Source: Methanobacteriota archaeon (lineage in GTDB: Archaea > Undinarchaeota > Undinarchaeia > Undinarchaeales > Undinarchaeaceae). Taken from it: 64,000 bases of DNA. The notes under the pieces were generated by a model. The model was not told where the DNA came from and made no database searches. It saw only the letters and a list, made by a program, of their open reading frames with translations. The translations under genes were made by a program, and so were the position numbers. The stretch is from NCBI GenBank assembly GCA_002687935.1, contig NZBN01000007.1, forward strand, positions 5,030 through 69,029, in the 5' to 3' direction. The first letter of the stretch is position 1. Each line of letters opens with the position of its first letter. This document shows, in pieces, positions 19,296 to 28,728 of the stretch.

Positions 19296-20416
19296 TGATA
19301 AAAATAAGAGATCGCGAACTTGGAACTGAAAAACCTGTCTATATAATTGCAGAAGCAGGTGTTAATCATAATGGAAGTATTGAACTCGCAAAGAAACTAG
19401 TTGATGCAGCTGCAGAAGCAGGTGCGGATGCTGTAAAATTCCAGACCTTCAGAGCCGAGCTTATTGTGACTGAAGATGCAGACAAGGCAGAGTATCAGAA
19501 AAAAGATTCAGATGAAAGCCAGTTCAACATGCTCAGGAATCTGGAACTTTCAGATGAAGATTTCATGGAGCTGAAAGAGTACTGCAATACTAAGAAGGTA
19601 GAATTTCTCTCAACACCACATTCAGGTGAGTGGAGTGTTAATCTTCTGGAAGAGCTCGGAATCTCTGCATATAAAATTGGTTCAGGGGACCTCACAAATA
19701 TACCTCTACTCAAATATATCGCAAAACTTGGTAAGCCTGTTATAATTTCCACTGGAATGGCGACTCTGGACGAGATAGAGGAAGCAAAGGAGTCAATAAA
19801 TTCAGAGGGAAATGATAATTTAATTGTACTTCACTGTACCACAATGTACCCCTGCCCTGAAGGAAAGGTCAACCTGAGGGCGATGCAGACAATTCTGGAA
19901 AAGACAGAAAATCTTGTAGGTTATTCGGATCATACAAATTCAATAGAGGCCTCAATAATTGCAACCTGCCTTGGTGCTTCTCTCATAGAAAAACACTTTA
20001 CACTTGACCAGGATATGCCTGGTCCTGACCATGCGTCTTCAATTGAACCTGACGAGCTTGAAGAGCTCATAAGAGCTATTCGCTTTGTCCGTAAAAATAA
20101 CATACAAAATCCCTCAGAGGCTTTTGACGCTCTCAACAGCCAGGGCTACTCATTGAATTCCAGTCTAATCGAAACAATATTAGGAAGTCCTGAAAAAGTT
20201 CCTGACGAAAAAGAGCTAGAAATATCAAAAGTAGCAAGAAAGAGCATAGTCGCAAGGAAATACATAAAATCTGGAGAGGAACTTACAAGCAAAAATATTG
20301 GAATTCTTCGACCAGGCGAGGGTCTTCATCCTCGGCACTTCCCAGAGCTTCTTGGAAAACAAGTAGTTCGTGATATAAAGAAAAACGAATATCTTCTCCT
20401 GGAGGATGTAAAATGA
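19295..20416 (+). CDS. Nonulosonic acid synthase (NeuB/LegI/PseI family) with C-terminal SAF domain.
   Basis: N-terminal TIM-barrel NeuB motifs (IIAEAGVNHNGS). Confidence 0.85.
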   Translation: MIKIRDRELGTEKPVYIIAEAGVNHNGSIELAKKLVDAAAEAGADAVKFQTFRAELIVTEDADKAEYQKKDSDESQFNMLRNLELSDEDFMELKEYCNTKKVEFLSTPHSGEWSVNLLEELGISAYKIGSGDLTNIPLLKYIAKLGKPVIISTGMATLDEIEEAKESINSEGNDNLIVLHCTTMYPCPEGKVNLRAMQTILEKTENLVGYSDHTNSIEASIIATCLGASLIEKHFTLDQDMPGPDHASSIEPDELEELIRAIRFVRKNNIQNPSEAFDALNSQGYSLNSSLIETILGSPEKVPDEKELEISKVARKSIVARKYIKSGEELTSKNIGILRPGEGLHPRHFPELLGKQVVRDIKKNEYLLLEDVK

Positions 20417-21546
20417 GAAAAATACTTTATGTCACTGGGAGTCGGGCAGAATATGGTCTTATGCAGTCAAGTCTTAAACTAATTGACAGCGATTCCGAAC
20501 TTGACCTACATATCGTGGCAACTGGAATGCACCTTATGCCAGAATTCGGAAACACAATCACTGATGTGGAGCACGACGGATTCAAACTTCATACAATTGA
20601 TTCAATTTATTCAGATGACAGCAAGGAAGCAATGGCACACTTTGCCGGAGAATTCCTCTCAAAATTTGTAGATGCTCTTAAAAAAATAAATCCGGATATA
20701 ATTCTTCTTCTTGGGGACCGTGCTGAGATGCTCTCAGCTGCAGTTGCAGGTGCTTATATGTCAATTCCTGTAGCACATATTCACGGAGGAGATGTAAGTT
20801 CAACAGTGGATGAAATGGCAAGGCACGCTATAACAAAACTCTCTGAAATTCATTTCGCTGCAACAGAATCAAGCGCTGAGAGAATAAGGAAGATGGGGGA
20901 ACTCCCGTTTAATATACATCTTGTCGGTGCTCCTGGTTTGGATTCAATACTTAATGATATTCTTCCTTCAAAAGAAGAAGTTTTCAAAAGCCTCGGACTG
21001 AATTCTTCTGAAAAAACAGTCCTAATTGTCCAGCACCCAATTACTCTTGAGGATGGAAAATCTGAAGAGCATATGAGGGCAACTCTTGAAGCTGTAAAAG
21101 AGGAAGGGTTTCAGGTTATTGTTGTTTATCCTAACGCAGATGCCGGAGGTCGGGAAATGATAAGTGTCATCGAAGAGTATGAAGGAACTTTCAATATTTT
21201 TAAAAGCATGGAACGGTCACTTTTCCTCAGCCTTATGAAGAACTCAGATTTAATTATTGGAAACTCAAGCTCGGCTCTGATAGAGGCGCCTTCCTTTGGA
21301 ACTCCTGCTGTCAATATAGGTTCTCGGCAGAGTGGAAGAGAGCAGTCTGACAATATAATTGATTCAGGGTATAAGAAAGATGAAATAATCTCTGCAATCA
21401 AAAAAGCACTTTCTCCTGAGTTCATTAAAAAAGCAGAAAAGTGCGAAAATCCATATGGCGACGGAAAGTCAGGAGAGCGCATAGTAAAAATACTAAAAGA
21501 GGTGGAGCTTGGTAGGGAACTTCTTGACAAGAAAATAGCATACTAA
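20413..21546 (+). CDS. UDP/GDP-N-acetylglucosamine 2-epimerase, hydrolysing (NeuC/LegG-like).
   Basis: Epimerase_2 fold with the typical N-terminus (YVTGSRAEYG). Confidence 0.8.
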   Translation: MRKILYVTGSRAEYGLMQSSLKLIDSDSELDLHIVATGMHLMPEFGNTITDVEHDGFKLHTIDSIYSDDSKEAMAHFAGEFLSKFVDALKKINPDIILLLGDRAEMLSAAVAGAYMSIPVAHIHGGDVSSTVDEMARHAITKLSEIHFAATESSAERIRKMGELPFNIHLVGAPGLDSILNDILPSKEEVFKSLGLNSSEKTVLIVQHPITLEDGKSEEHMRATLEAVKEEGFQVIVVYPNADAGGREMISVIEEYEGTFNIFKSMERSLFLSLMKNSDLIIGNSSSALIEAPSFGTPAVNIGSRQSGREQSDNIIDSGYKKDEIISAIKKALSPEFIKKAEKCENPYGDGKSGERIVKILKEVELGRELLDKKIAY

Positions 21547-21944
21547 TGGAAAAAGACGACAGATTTGATGAATGGAAGCCTCCTAAGATAAAGGACGGAG
21601 AACTCACTAAGTGGAATTGGATGGTTCAGAATGTGGAAGGTCTAAAACTCGGGAAGAAGACAGATATTGGAGTCTTCACTTACATAAATGCAAAACACGG
21701 CGTTGAAATACAGGACAATGTACAGATTGGCTCACACTGTTCAATTTATTCAGAATCTACAATTGACGAAAAATCCGGAAAAGTGATAATCGGAGAAAAT
21801 GCCAGAATAGGTTCTCACAGTCTGATAATGCCAGGAGTTATAATTGGAAAAAATGCAGTCATCGGGGCATTTTCCTTTGTTACAACTGATGTGCCTGACA
21901 ATTCTCTTGCATACGGAATTCCTGCAAAGGTGGTTAAAAAATAA
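21546..21944 (+). CDS. Hexapeptide-repeat (LbH) sugar N-acetyltransferase (LegH/PglD-like, short form).
   Basis: Isoleucine-patch hexapeptide repeats. Confidence 0.65.
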   Translation: MEKDDRFDEWKPPKIKDGELTKWNWMVQNVEGLKLGKKTDIGVFTYINAKHGVEIQDNVQIGSHCSIYSESTIDEKSGKVIIGENARIGSHSLIMPGVIIGKNAVIGAFSFVTTDVPDNSLAYGIPAKVVKK

Positions 21945-23081
21945 ATGAAAGTCCCTCTCTTCAAGACTTATTGGAATCAGGAAGACATAGAGTCAGTGAA
22001 AGCGGTAATCGAGCGAGGTACTTATTGGGCAACCGGTCCTGAAATAGAAGAATTTGAGAAGGAAATTGCCGAGTTCGTTGGAGCAAAATACTGCCTGGCT
22101 TTTAATTCCGGAACGTCGGCTCTCCATACACTCTTACTGGCTCATGATGTAAAGGAAAAAGAAGTCATAATTCCGTCTTTCACATTCATTGCAACAGCAA
22201 ACGCTGTCGTACTCGCCGGAGGAATTCCGGTTTTTGCAGAAACAGAAGCAGAAACCTACGGTCTCGACGCAGAAGATGTAGAATCACGCATTACAGAGAA
22301 GACTGCCGCAATATTAAATCTGGATTTTGGAGGATTCCCTGCAAGAGACCACGAAAAACTCAGAGAAATTGCAGACCGTCATAATATCCTTTACATAGGA
22401 GATTCAGCCGAGTCCCTCGGTTCAAAAACGAAGGGAAAATTACTCGGTTCAATTGCGGATTCTACAATTTTCAGTTTCTGTCAAAATAAAGTTGTCAGCA
22501 CAGGAGAAGGCGGTGTTCTTATCACTAATGATGAATCAGTTTATGAAAAATCAAAACTCATTCGTTCCCACGGACGTGTAGAGTTAGCTGAGGATTATTT
22601 CTCAAGTACAGAAGACAATGACTACATTCAAATCGGCTACAATTACAGAATGCCGACAATGTGCGCAGCTCTCGGACTTTCTCAAATGAAGAAAATTTCT
22701 GAAAACATTAAAATGCGAAGGTCTAATGCAGACTTTCTGAATGAAGGTCTTGGAAAAATCGAGCAGGTAAAAACCCCGACACTCATCGAAGGCGATTTCC
22801 AGGTTTATCAGATGTATACAATTCAACTTCCGAACCAGGAAACCAGAGATGCTCTTCAGAGTCATCTTACTGAGCAGGGAATTAGTACAAAAGTTTATTT
22901 CAATCCAGTTCATCTCAAAACAGTTTACAAAAATATGGGTTGTTCAGAAGGGGACCTACCCAAAACCGAGACACTCTCTGGAAAGGTTCTAACACTTCCA
23001 ATGCATCCATCACTTACTGAGGCTGAAATGGAGTATATAATAAATTCAGTGGAGGATTTTTTCAAAAATGTCGAAGCTTGA
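21945..23081 (+). CDS. DegT/DnrJ/EryC1-family PLP-dependent sugar aminotransferase (LegC/PseC-like).
   Basis: Class IV-fold aminotransferase motifs. Confidence 0.8.
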   Translation: MKVPLFKTYWNQEDIESVKAVIERGTYWATGPEIEEFEKEIAEFVGAKYCLAFNSGTSALHTLLLAHDVKEKEVIIPSFTFIATANAVVLAGGIPVFAETEAETYGLDAEDVESRITEKTAAILNLDFGGFPARDHEKLREIADRHNILYIGDSAESLGSKTKGKLLGSIADSTIFSFCQNKVVSTGEGGVLITNDESVYEKSKLIRSHGRVELAEDYFSSTEDNDYIQIGYNYRMPTMCAALGLSQMKKISENIKMRRSNADFLNEGLGKIEQVKTPTLIEGDFQVYQMYTIQLPNQETRDALQSHLTEQGISTKVYFNPVHLKTVYKNMGCSEGDLPKTETLSGKVLTLPMHPSLTEAEMEYIINSVEDFFKNVEA

Positions 23082-24468
23082 GGATATGTTAATAGACCAG
23101 TCAACTTCCATAAAGGAGGCAATGCGGATTATAGACAGAGCCGGAGTAAGAATGGCTCTTATTGTCGATGACAATCAAAAATTAAAGGGGATAGTTACTG
23201 ACGGAGATATACGGAGAGGAATAATTAAAGGAGCCGGAAACGAGGACGAAGTTTCAACTGTCATGAATAAAGCTCCATTAACTACAAAAGAGAATGTTCC
23301 TCACCAAGATGTTTTGGATTTACTCAAGACTAATAAGGTTCTAGGAATCCCAGTTCTTTCAGAAAGCGGAGAAATTATTGATATGCTTCTTCTGGAAGGA
23401 AATGAGGTTCTCTCATACACAAAACACGAAATAGAAAAGAAGCACCTAAGAAAAATACTCGTCATCGGTGGAGCCGGATATATCGGCTCCGTTCTTGTCA
23501 GAAAGCTTCTTGACAAAGGATACAAAGTAAAAATTCTCGACAATTTCCTCTATGGGGATGAGTCTTTATCCTCAATAGAATCTGACGAGCTCACACTTCT
23601 CGAAGGGGACACCAGACATATAGAAGATGTTACAGAAGCCGTCCAGGATGTTGATGCTGTTGTTCACCTTGCTGAGCTTGTAGGTGATCCTGCTTCAAAT
23701 CTAAATCCAAAATTTACCCAGGATATAAACTACCTTGCAACACGTAATGTTGCCTCTGTCTGCAAACACTTCCACCTCAATAGGCTGGTATATGCTTCAT
23801 CTTGCAGCGTTTACGGAGCATCAGAAGAAGGAAAGCTCCTTACAGAGGAATCCTCTCTCAATCCTGTTTCTCTTTATGCTAAAATGAAGATAAGCTCTGA
23901 GAAAGCCCTTGTTGAAATGAAGGATGACAGTTTCAGACCGACAATTCTGAGACTGGGAACTGTTTTCGGTCCTTCACCACGCCCAAGATTTGACCTTGTC
24001 GTTAATCTTCTCACTGCAAAGGCTGTAAGAGACGGAAAAATAACAATTTTCGGTGGAGATCAGTGGCGTCCGAATGTTCACGTTGAGGACGTTGCCGAAT
24101 CTATTATTTCTGTATTGGAAGCCCCTCTTGATAAAGTAGGTGGAGAGGTTTTCAATGTCGGGTCAGAGAAAAATAACCATACTATAAATGAGCTTGGAAA
24201 TTTTGTCAAAGGAAAGGTTCCTTCTGCAGAACTAATAATAGAAGAAAAAGATGTTGACAAAAGGGATTACAAAGTAGATTTCACAAAACTCCGCGAAGGT
24301 CTTGAACTGAGCCTGGAAAGAACTGTGGATGAAGGAATATCAGGAATAATTTCCTTCCTGGAAGACAACAAAGATATCAATTACGAAGATTCAAAATACA
24401 GTAATGTCAAATTCCTCGAACAGGGAAAGCTAACAGAATTCTTTTCCAACGGGGATACAAAAACATAA
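23068..24468 (+). CDS. Tandem CBS domains fused to an NAD-dependent sugar-nucleotide 4,6-dehydratase/epimerase (LegB/PseB-like).
   Basis: N-terminal ~120 aa CBS pair, then a GGAGYIGS Rossmann motif and YAKMK catalytic dyad. Confidence 0.75.
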   Translation: MSKLEDMLIDQSTSIKEAMRIIDRAGVRMALIVDDNQKLKGIVTDGDIRRGIIKGAGNEDEVSTVMNKAPLTTKENVPHQDVLDLLKTNKVLGIPVLSESGEIIDMLLLEGNEVLSYTKHEIEKKHLRKILVIGGAGYIGSVLVRKLLDKGYKVKILDNFLYGDESLSSIESDELTLLEGDTRHIEDVTEAVQDVDAVVHLAELVGDPASNLNPKFTQDINYLATRNVASVCKHFHLNRLVYASSCSVYGASEEGKLLTEESSLNPVSLYAKMKISSEKALVEMKDDSFRPTILRLGTVFGPSPRPRFDLVVNLLTAKAVRDGKITIFGGDQWRPNVHVEDVAESIISVLEAPLDKVGGEVFNVGSEKNNHTINELGNFVKGKVPSAELIIEEKDVDKRDYKVDFTKLREGLELSLERTVDEGISGIISFLEDNKDINYEDSKYSNVKFLEQGKLTEFFSNGDTKT

Positions 24469-24490
24469 ACTATTTAATAGGACAGTCTTT

Positions 24491-24730
24491 ATGCCAGTTA
24501 TGGCACGAAAGTCCAAAAAATCTAAAGAAGAGCAAAGAGTAATGTTCGCAGTGGAAGAGATTGTTCTCAGTTTTGTAGGCTCTCTTGTGCTCGCTTTCGG
24601 TTTTGTCGTTATCTCGACAGCTGAAGGAAGCACTTTCTGGGCTAACTTTGTACTGGGTCTCTTTGTGGTCTGGCTAGGATTACTCCTCTTTACTGTACCT
24701 TTAATCAGAAAGATTGAAGAGCTCATGTAA
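24491..24730 (+). CDS. Small hypothetical membrane protein (2 TM).
   Basis: ORF with two hydrophobic helices. No homology recognised. Confidence 0.35.
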   Translation: MPVMARKSKKSKEEQRVMFAVEEIVLSFVGSLVLAFGFVVISTAEGSTFWANFVLGLFVVWLGLLLFTVPLIRKIEELM

Positions 24731-24828
24731 TCCTTTGTTATGCATTTCAGCTCCAGCGCGAGCTTGAATTAAATTATTATTCACCTACCATCATAAGCTA
24801 TTAATACGCGCCACAATTAACATTTTTT

Positions 24829-25479
24829 ATGAGAGTTCTAACGGAGATACAGTCTAAAAAACTCCTGAAAAAACATGGTATAAAGACTACTACGCAGATT
24901 TTTGCAGCATCTCCTCAGGAAGCTGCCACAGCTGCATCAAAGCTTGGGTTTCCTCTTGTATTGAAAATAGTGTCTCCTGACATAACACATAAGACGGAAG
25001 TTAATGGAGTCAGAGTCGGAATAAAAACTGTGCCTGAAACTATAGAAGCATACCGTTCTCTAATTTCTTCAGCAAGAAAGGCGAGACCTAAAGCCGTCAT
25101 TGAAGGAGTTTCAATCCAGGAAATGGCGGATGGCGTCGAAATAATAATCGGCGTTTCAAGAGACTCACAATTCGGACCTGTTATTATGCTAGGAACTGGC
25201 GGAATTTTTGTAGAAGTTTTGAAAGATATATCATTCAGAGTTGCTCCGATAAGCGAGAATGATGCTCTTGAAATGATTTCAGAAATAAAAGGAAATACAC
25301 TTCTAAAAGGTGTTCGCGGAAAAAAACCCAGCGATATAAAATCTCTTGTTTCAATGCTATTGAAAACATCAAAACTTGCAATGTCTGATGAAAGTATAAT
25401 GGAGATAGATATGAATCCTGTTTTTGTAAGTTCCTCTGGAGCAATGGCAGCTGATGCTAGGGTGGTGCTTGACAAATGA
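24829..25479 (+). CDS. acdB: Acetate--CoA ligase (ADP-forming) beta subunit, ATP-grasp domain.
   Basis: ATP-grasp_5-like sequence, typical ~215 aa size. Confidence 0.7.
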   Translation: MRVLTEIQSKKLLKKHGIKTTTQIFAASPQEAATAASKLGFPLVLKIVSPDITHKTEVNGVRVGIKTVPETIEAYRSLISSARKARPKAVIEGVSIQEMADGVEIIIGVSRDSQFGPVIMLGTGGIFVEVLKDISFRVAPISENDALEMISEIKGNTLLKGVRGKKPSDIKSLVSMLLKTSKLAMSDESIMEIDMNPVFVSSSGAMAADARVVLDK

Positions 25480-26150
25480 AGACTGTAAAGGAAAAAATAC
25501 ACATAAAATTTTTCAGAACATCGGGAGTTCTGATAGCGGGCCTTATAATTTTCTTTGGCTTGCTGGCTTCCGTTCAGGGATATAACATAGAAAAAGTTAC
25601 TCAAAAAGATATACTTCTTGACGCACTTCAGCCTATATTTTCAGATCTGCTTGAAGAAGAATGCTCTGAAGCAGGAGAATTCAAAGATTCCTGCTTTGAG
25701 CAGGCTGGAGCTTCCATAAATCTCTCTGAAAAGATGGACGGTCTGTACACAGCTTCGGTTAAAATTCCAATAATCGGTGCCATAAGCATGTATTCCCTTA
25801 ATTCAATGGCATCTGCTTCTCAGGGAAGTGGTATTATGGTGGCAATCGCCGGAATAGCTATTGCCTTCTTTCTTCTCAAAGATAAACTAAGAATACTTAA
25901 AATTCTAGGGGGCATTTTTGTCTCACTCTCTGTAGCGACTTTTGGGGGGGCCTTCCTTATAGAAAAAGCAATTCTTCCACGACTTCTTTCCGGACAACTC
26001 TCTGCAGTCGTCTCATTGGCAGATTTCTTCAGCTCCCAGCTCCTCAACTTCCAATTTTTTGTCGGAAAGCTCTTCTTTATTGCAGGTCTTTCTCTCTATG
26101 CCTCATACTTCCTCATCAAAAAATATCTATTTTCGGAGGTCGGTAAATGA
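25476..26150 (+). CDS. Hypothetical integral membrane protein.
   Basis: 4-5 hydrophobic segments. Start overlaps the acdB stop. Confidence 0.45.
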   Translation: MKTVKEKIHIKFFRTSGVLIAGLIIFFGLLASVQGYNIEKVTQKDILLDALQPIFSDLLEEECSEAGEFKDSCFEQAGASINLSEKMDGLYTASVKIPIIGAISMYSLNSMASASQGSGIMVAIAGIAIAFFLLKDKLRILKILGGIFVSLSVATFGGAFLIEKAILPRLLSGQLSAVVSLADFFSSQLLNFQFFVGKLFFIAGLSLYASYFLIKKYLFSEVGK

Positions 26151-27322
26151 GCCCTATACTGTCGTCTGCTGAAAGCTCAATAATAGAATCTCCAATAAGG
26201 AGAATAGCCCAGCTTCTTGAAAAAGCAGGAGCTGACCCTGATATAATAAGTTTCGGTGGCGGAGCTCCGAGCCTTGCTCCCCCAAAAGAAGTTGTTAATG
26301 CAATGATATCTTCTCTGAAAAAAGATGCCTTTAAAGCAGTATCTTACACATCAACAAAGGGTCTTCCAAGCTTGCGCGAAAAGATAGCAGGAGATCTTAC
26401 TCGGAGTGGTGATGCTGTTGAGCCGAGCCAAATTGCTCTTACAACTGGAGCAACTGGGGGACTTTTTACGGCACTTGAGGACATAATTAACCCAGGAGAA
26501 GAAATAGTAGTTTCTGACCCAACTTATGTCGGTTACGAAGGTCCAGCTCTTATTGACCGGGCAAAAATTCGTCGTGTTCCTGTCAAAAAAGAAAATGATT
26601 TCCAACTTACTCCAGATTTAGTAAATGAAGCCATTACAAAGAAAACGAAGGCCATTATCATACTCTCCCCTGACAATCCAACAGGAAGAATTCAGAAAAA
26701 GAAAAATGTCAAAGGGATAGCTGACATAGCTAAGGATAATAATCTCTGGATTGTATCTGATGATACTTACAAAGACATAATCTATGAAGGAAGCCACACA
26801 TACGTTCACAAATATGCCCCTGAAAATACAATAACTGCATGCGCCTTTTCAAAATCTTCTTCACTCCCTGGTCTCCGTCTTGGCTATGTATACGGTCCAA
26901 AAGAGGCGATAAATGGTATAACGAAATTAAGTCAGTATATTATGCTCTGTCCAAACAAACTCAGCCAGACTGCAGCTGAGAGTTTCTACTCTGTCAAAGA
27001 TTCGTATTTAAAAGAAAGTGTTATTCCTGTTTACAAGAAAAAGCGCGAGGTAATGGGTGAAATGATAAAAAAACACCTTCCTATCTGCAATTACGTAAAG
27101 CCACACGGAGCATTTTATTATTTTATTGATTTGTGTGATTCAAAACTTGATGATGAAGAATTCTGCAATCGCCTTCTTGAGGAACGGAAAGTCGTGGCAA
27201 TTCCCGGGAAATATTTTGGAAATGAAGGTAAAGGTCATATAAGGCTGACCTTCGTTTCAGAAAGCGAAAAACGCATAGAAGAGGGAGTTCTTAAAATAAA
27301 AGATTTCATGGAGGAACTATGA
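26147..27322 (+). CDS. Class I/II aminotransferase (aspartate aminotransferase family).
   Basis: PLP-Lys motif FSKSSSLPGLRLGY. Confidence 0.75.
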   Translation: MSPILSSAESSIIESPIRRIAQLLEKAGADPDIISFGGGAPSLAPPKEVVNAMISSLKKDAFKAVSYTSTKGLPSLREKIAGDLTRSGDAVEPSQIALTTGATGGLFTALEDIINPGEEIVVSDPTYVGYEGPALIDRAKIRRVPVKKENDFQLTPDLVNEAITKKTKAIIILSPDNPTGRIQKKKNVKGIADIAKDNNLWIVSDDTYKDIIYEGSHTYVHKYAPENTITACAFSKSSSLPGLRLGYVYGPKEAINGITKLSQYIMLCPNKLSQTAAESFYSVKDSYLKESVIPVYKKKREVMGEMIKKHLPICNYVKPHGAFYYFIDLCDSKLDDEEFCNRLLEERKVVAIPGKYFGNEGKGHIRLTFVSESEKRIEEGVLKIKDFMEEL

Positions 27323-28701
27323 GCTCAAAAAATGGAATAAAACAACTATTCAATCCTGAAAGCATAGCAGTAATTGGGGCTTCTCACAATCCACACAAGG
27401 TCGGCAGTATAATTTTGAAGAATCTGAAAGAAGGCGGTTTCACAGGCAACCTATATCCCATAAATCCTGACACCTCTCCTATATTGGAGCTTAAGACCTA
27501 TAGTTCAATCAATAGAGTGAGAGGAACGGTTGACCTGGCAATAATATCAACTCCTGCAAATACTGTTCCGAAAATACTCGAGGACTGCGGTCGCTCAGGT
27601 GTCAAGGCGGCAGTTATAATTTCAAGCGGCTTTAAGGAAATCGGAGAAAAAGGAGAGAAACTTGAAGAAGAATTACGAAAAACAATTGAGCGCCATGAAA
27701 TTACAGTAGTCGGTCCAAACTGTCTCGGAGTTTATGATGTAGATTCTGGAATTGACAGTATTTTTCTTCCAAGTTACAGAATGGGACGTCCAAAACACGG
27801 CAATATTTCATTTATTTCCCAGTCTGGCGCTTTCGGCTCCGCTCTTCTTGACTGGAGTGCTGAAGAGGGTTTCGGAATCAGTAAGTTCGTATCTTATGGA
27901 AACGCTATTGATGTTGATGAGGTCGCTCTTCTTGAATACCTTGGAAATGACAAGGACACAAAAGTAATTTCAATGTATCTTGAGGGAGCCAATAGAGCAA
28001 GAGACTTAATAGAAGTTGGAAAAAAAGTGACACAGAAGAAGCCTGTAGTATGCCTCAAAGTTGGCAGAACGGAAGCCGGCGTCAAAGCAGCCGCTTCACA
28101 CACGGGGTCTCTCGCCGGTTCTGATGAAATATATTCTGCGGCCTTTAAACAGGCTGGAATTATCCGAGCAGAAACTATAGAAGAAATGTTTGATTATTCC
28201 CGAGCCTTTGCAACTCAGCCGCAGCTCAAAGGGAAGAAAATTGCAATAATAACTGACGGAGGAGGATTTGGAGTTATGGCAGCAGATTCTGCTGAAAAAC
28301 ACGGTCTACAACTTGCAGAACTTTCCAAAAAAACCAAAAAATTTCTCAAAAAAGAATTAGTCCCTTACGCCTCCTTAAACAATCCAATAGATTTGACCGG
28401 GGTTGCAAATGAGGAGCATTACTCTGCAGCCATAGATGCTTGCATGGCAGACCCAAAGGTAGACTGTGTTTTGGTTATTCTCCTCTTACAACCTCCAAAT
28501 GTCAGTTCAGATGTTATTGAGACTCTCATCGAAATCAATTCACAGCACAGAAAGCCAATGCTTGTCTGCAGTGCAGGCGGTCGCTATACAAAAACACATA
28601 CTGACATTCTCGAGGATTCAGGAATTCCTGTTTTCCCGACTCCTGACCGCGCCGCAAAGGCAATGGCCACTCTTTACAAATATTCAAAAATCAAAAATTA
28701 A
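27319..28701 (+). CDS. acdA: Acetate--CoA ligase (ADP-forming) alpha subunit (CoA-binding + succinyl-CoA synthetase-like).
   Basis: IAVIGAS CoA-binding N-terminus and a ligase-CoA domain. ~460 aa. Confidence 0.75.
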   Translation: MSSKNGIKQLFNPESIAVIGASHNPHKVGSIILKNLKEGGFTGNLYPINPDTSPILELKTYSSINRVRGTVDLAIISTPANTVPKILEDCGRSGVKAAVIISSGFKEIGEKGEKLEEELRKTIERHEITVVGPNCLGVYDVDSGIDSIFLPSYRMGRPKHGNISFISQSGAFGSALLDWSAEEGFGISKFVSYGNAIDVDEVALLEYLGNDKDTKVISMYLEGANRARDLIEVGKKVTQKKPVVCLKVGRTEAGVKAAASHTGSLAGSDEIYSAAFKQAGIIRAETIEEMFDYSRAFATQPQLKGKKIAIITDGGGFGVMAADSAEKHGLQLAELSKKTKKFLKKELVPYASLNNPIDLTGVANEEHYSAAIDACMADPKVDCVLVILLLQPPNVSSDVIETLIEINSQHRKPMLVCSAGGRYTKTHTDILEDSGIPVFPTPDRAAKAMATLYKYSKIKN

Positions 28702-28728
28702 AACTTAAATACACGGAGCCCATATACG

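Noticed and set aside
24915-25604. 229-aa minus-strand ORF antisense to acdB.
   Set aside because: It is fully embedded antisense in a conserved coding gene. The product is low-complexity S/I-rich with no domain signal, so it is a typical shadow ORF. The same reasoning applies to 56484-57005 antisense to fni, 59726-60181 antisense to pyrH, and 37331-38068 and 39573-40190 antisense to carB. It also applies to the ORFs inside thrS (9570-10523) and the small ORFs inside topA.
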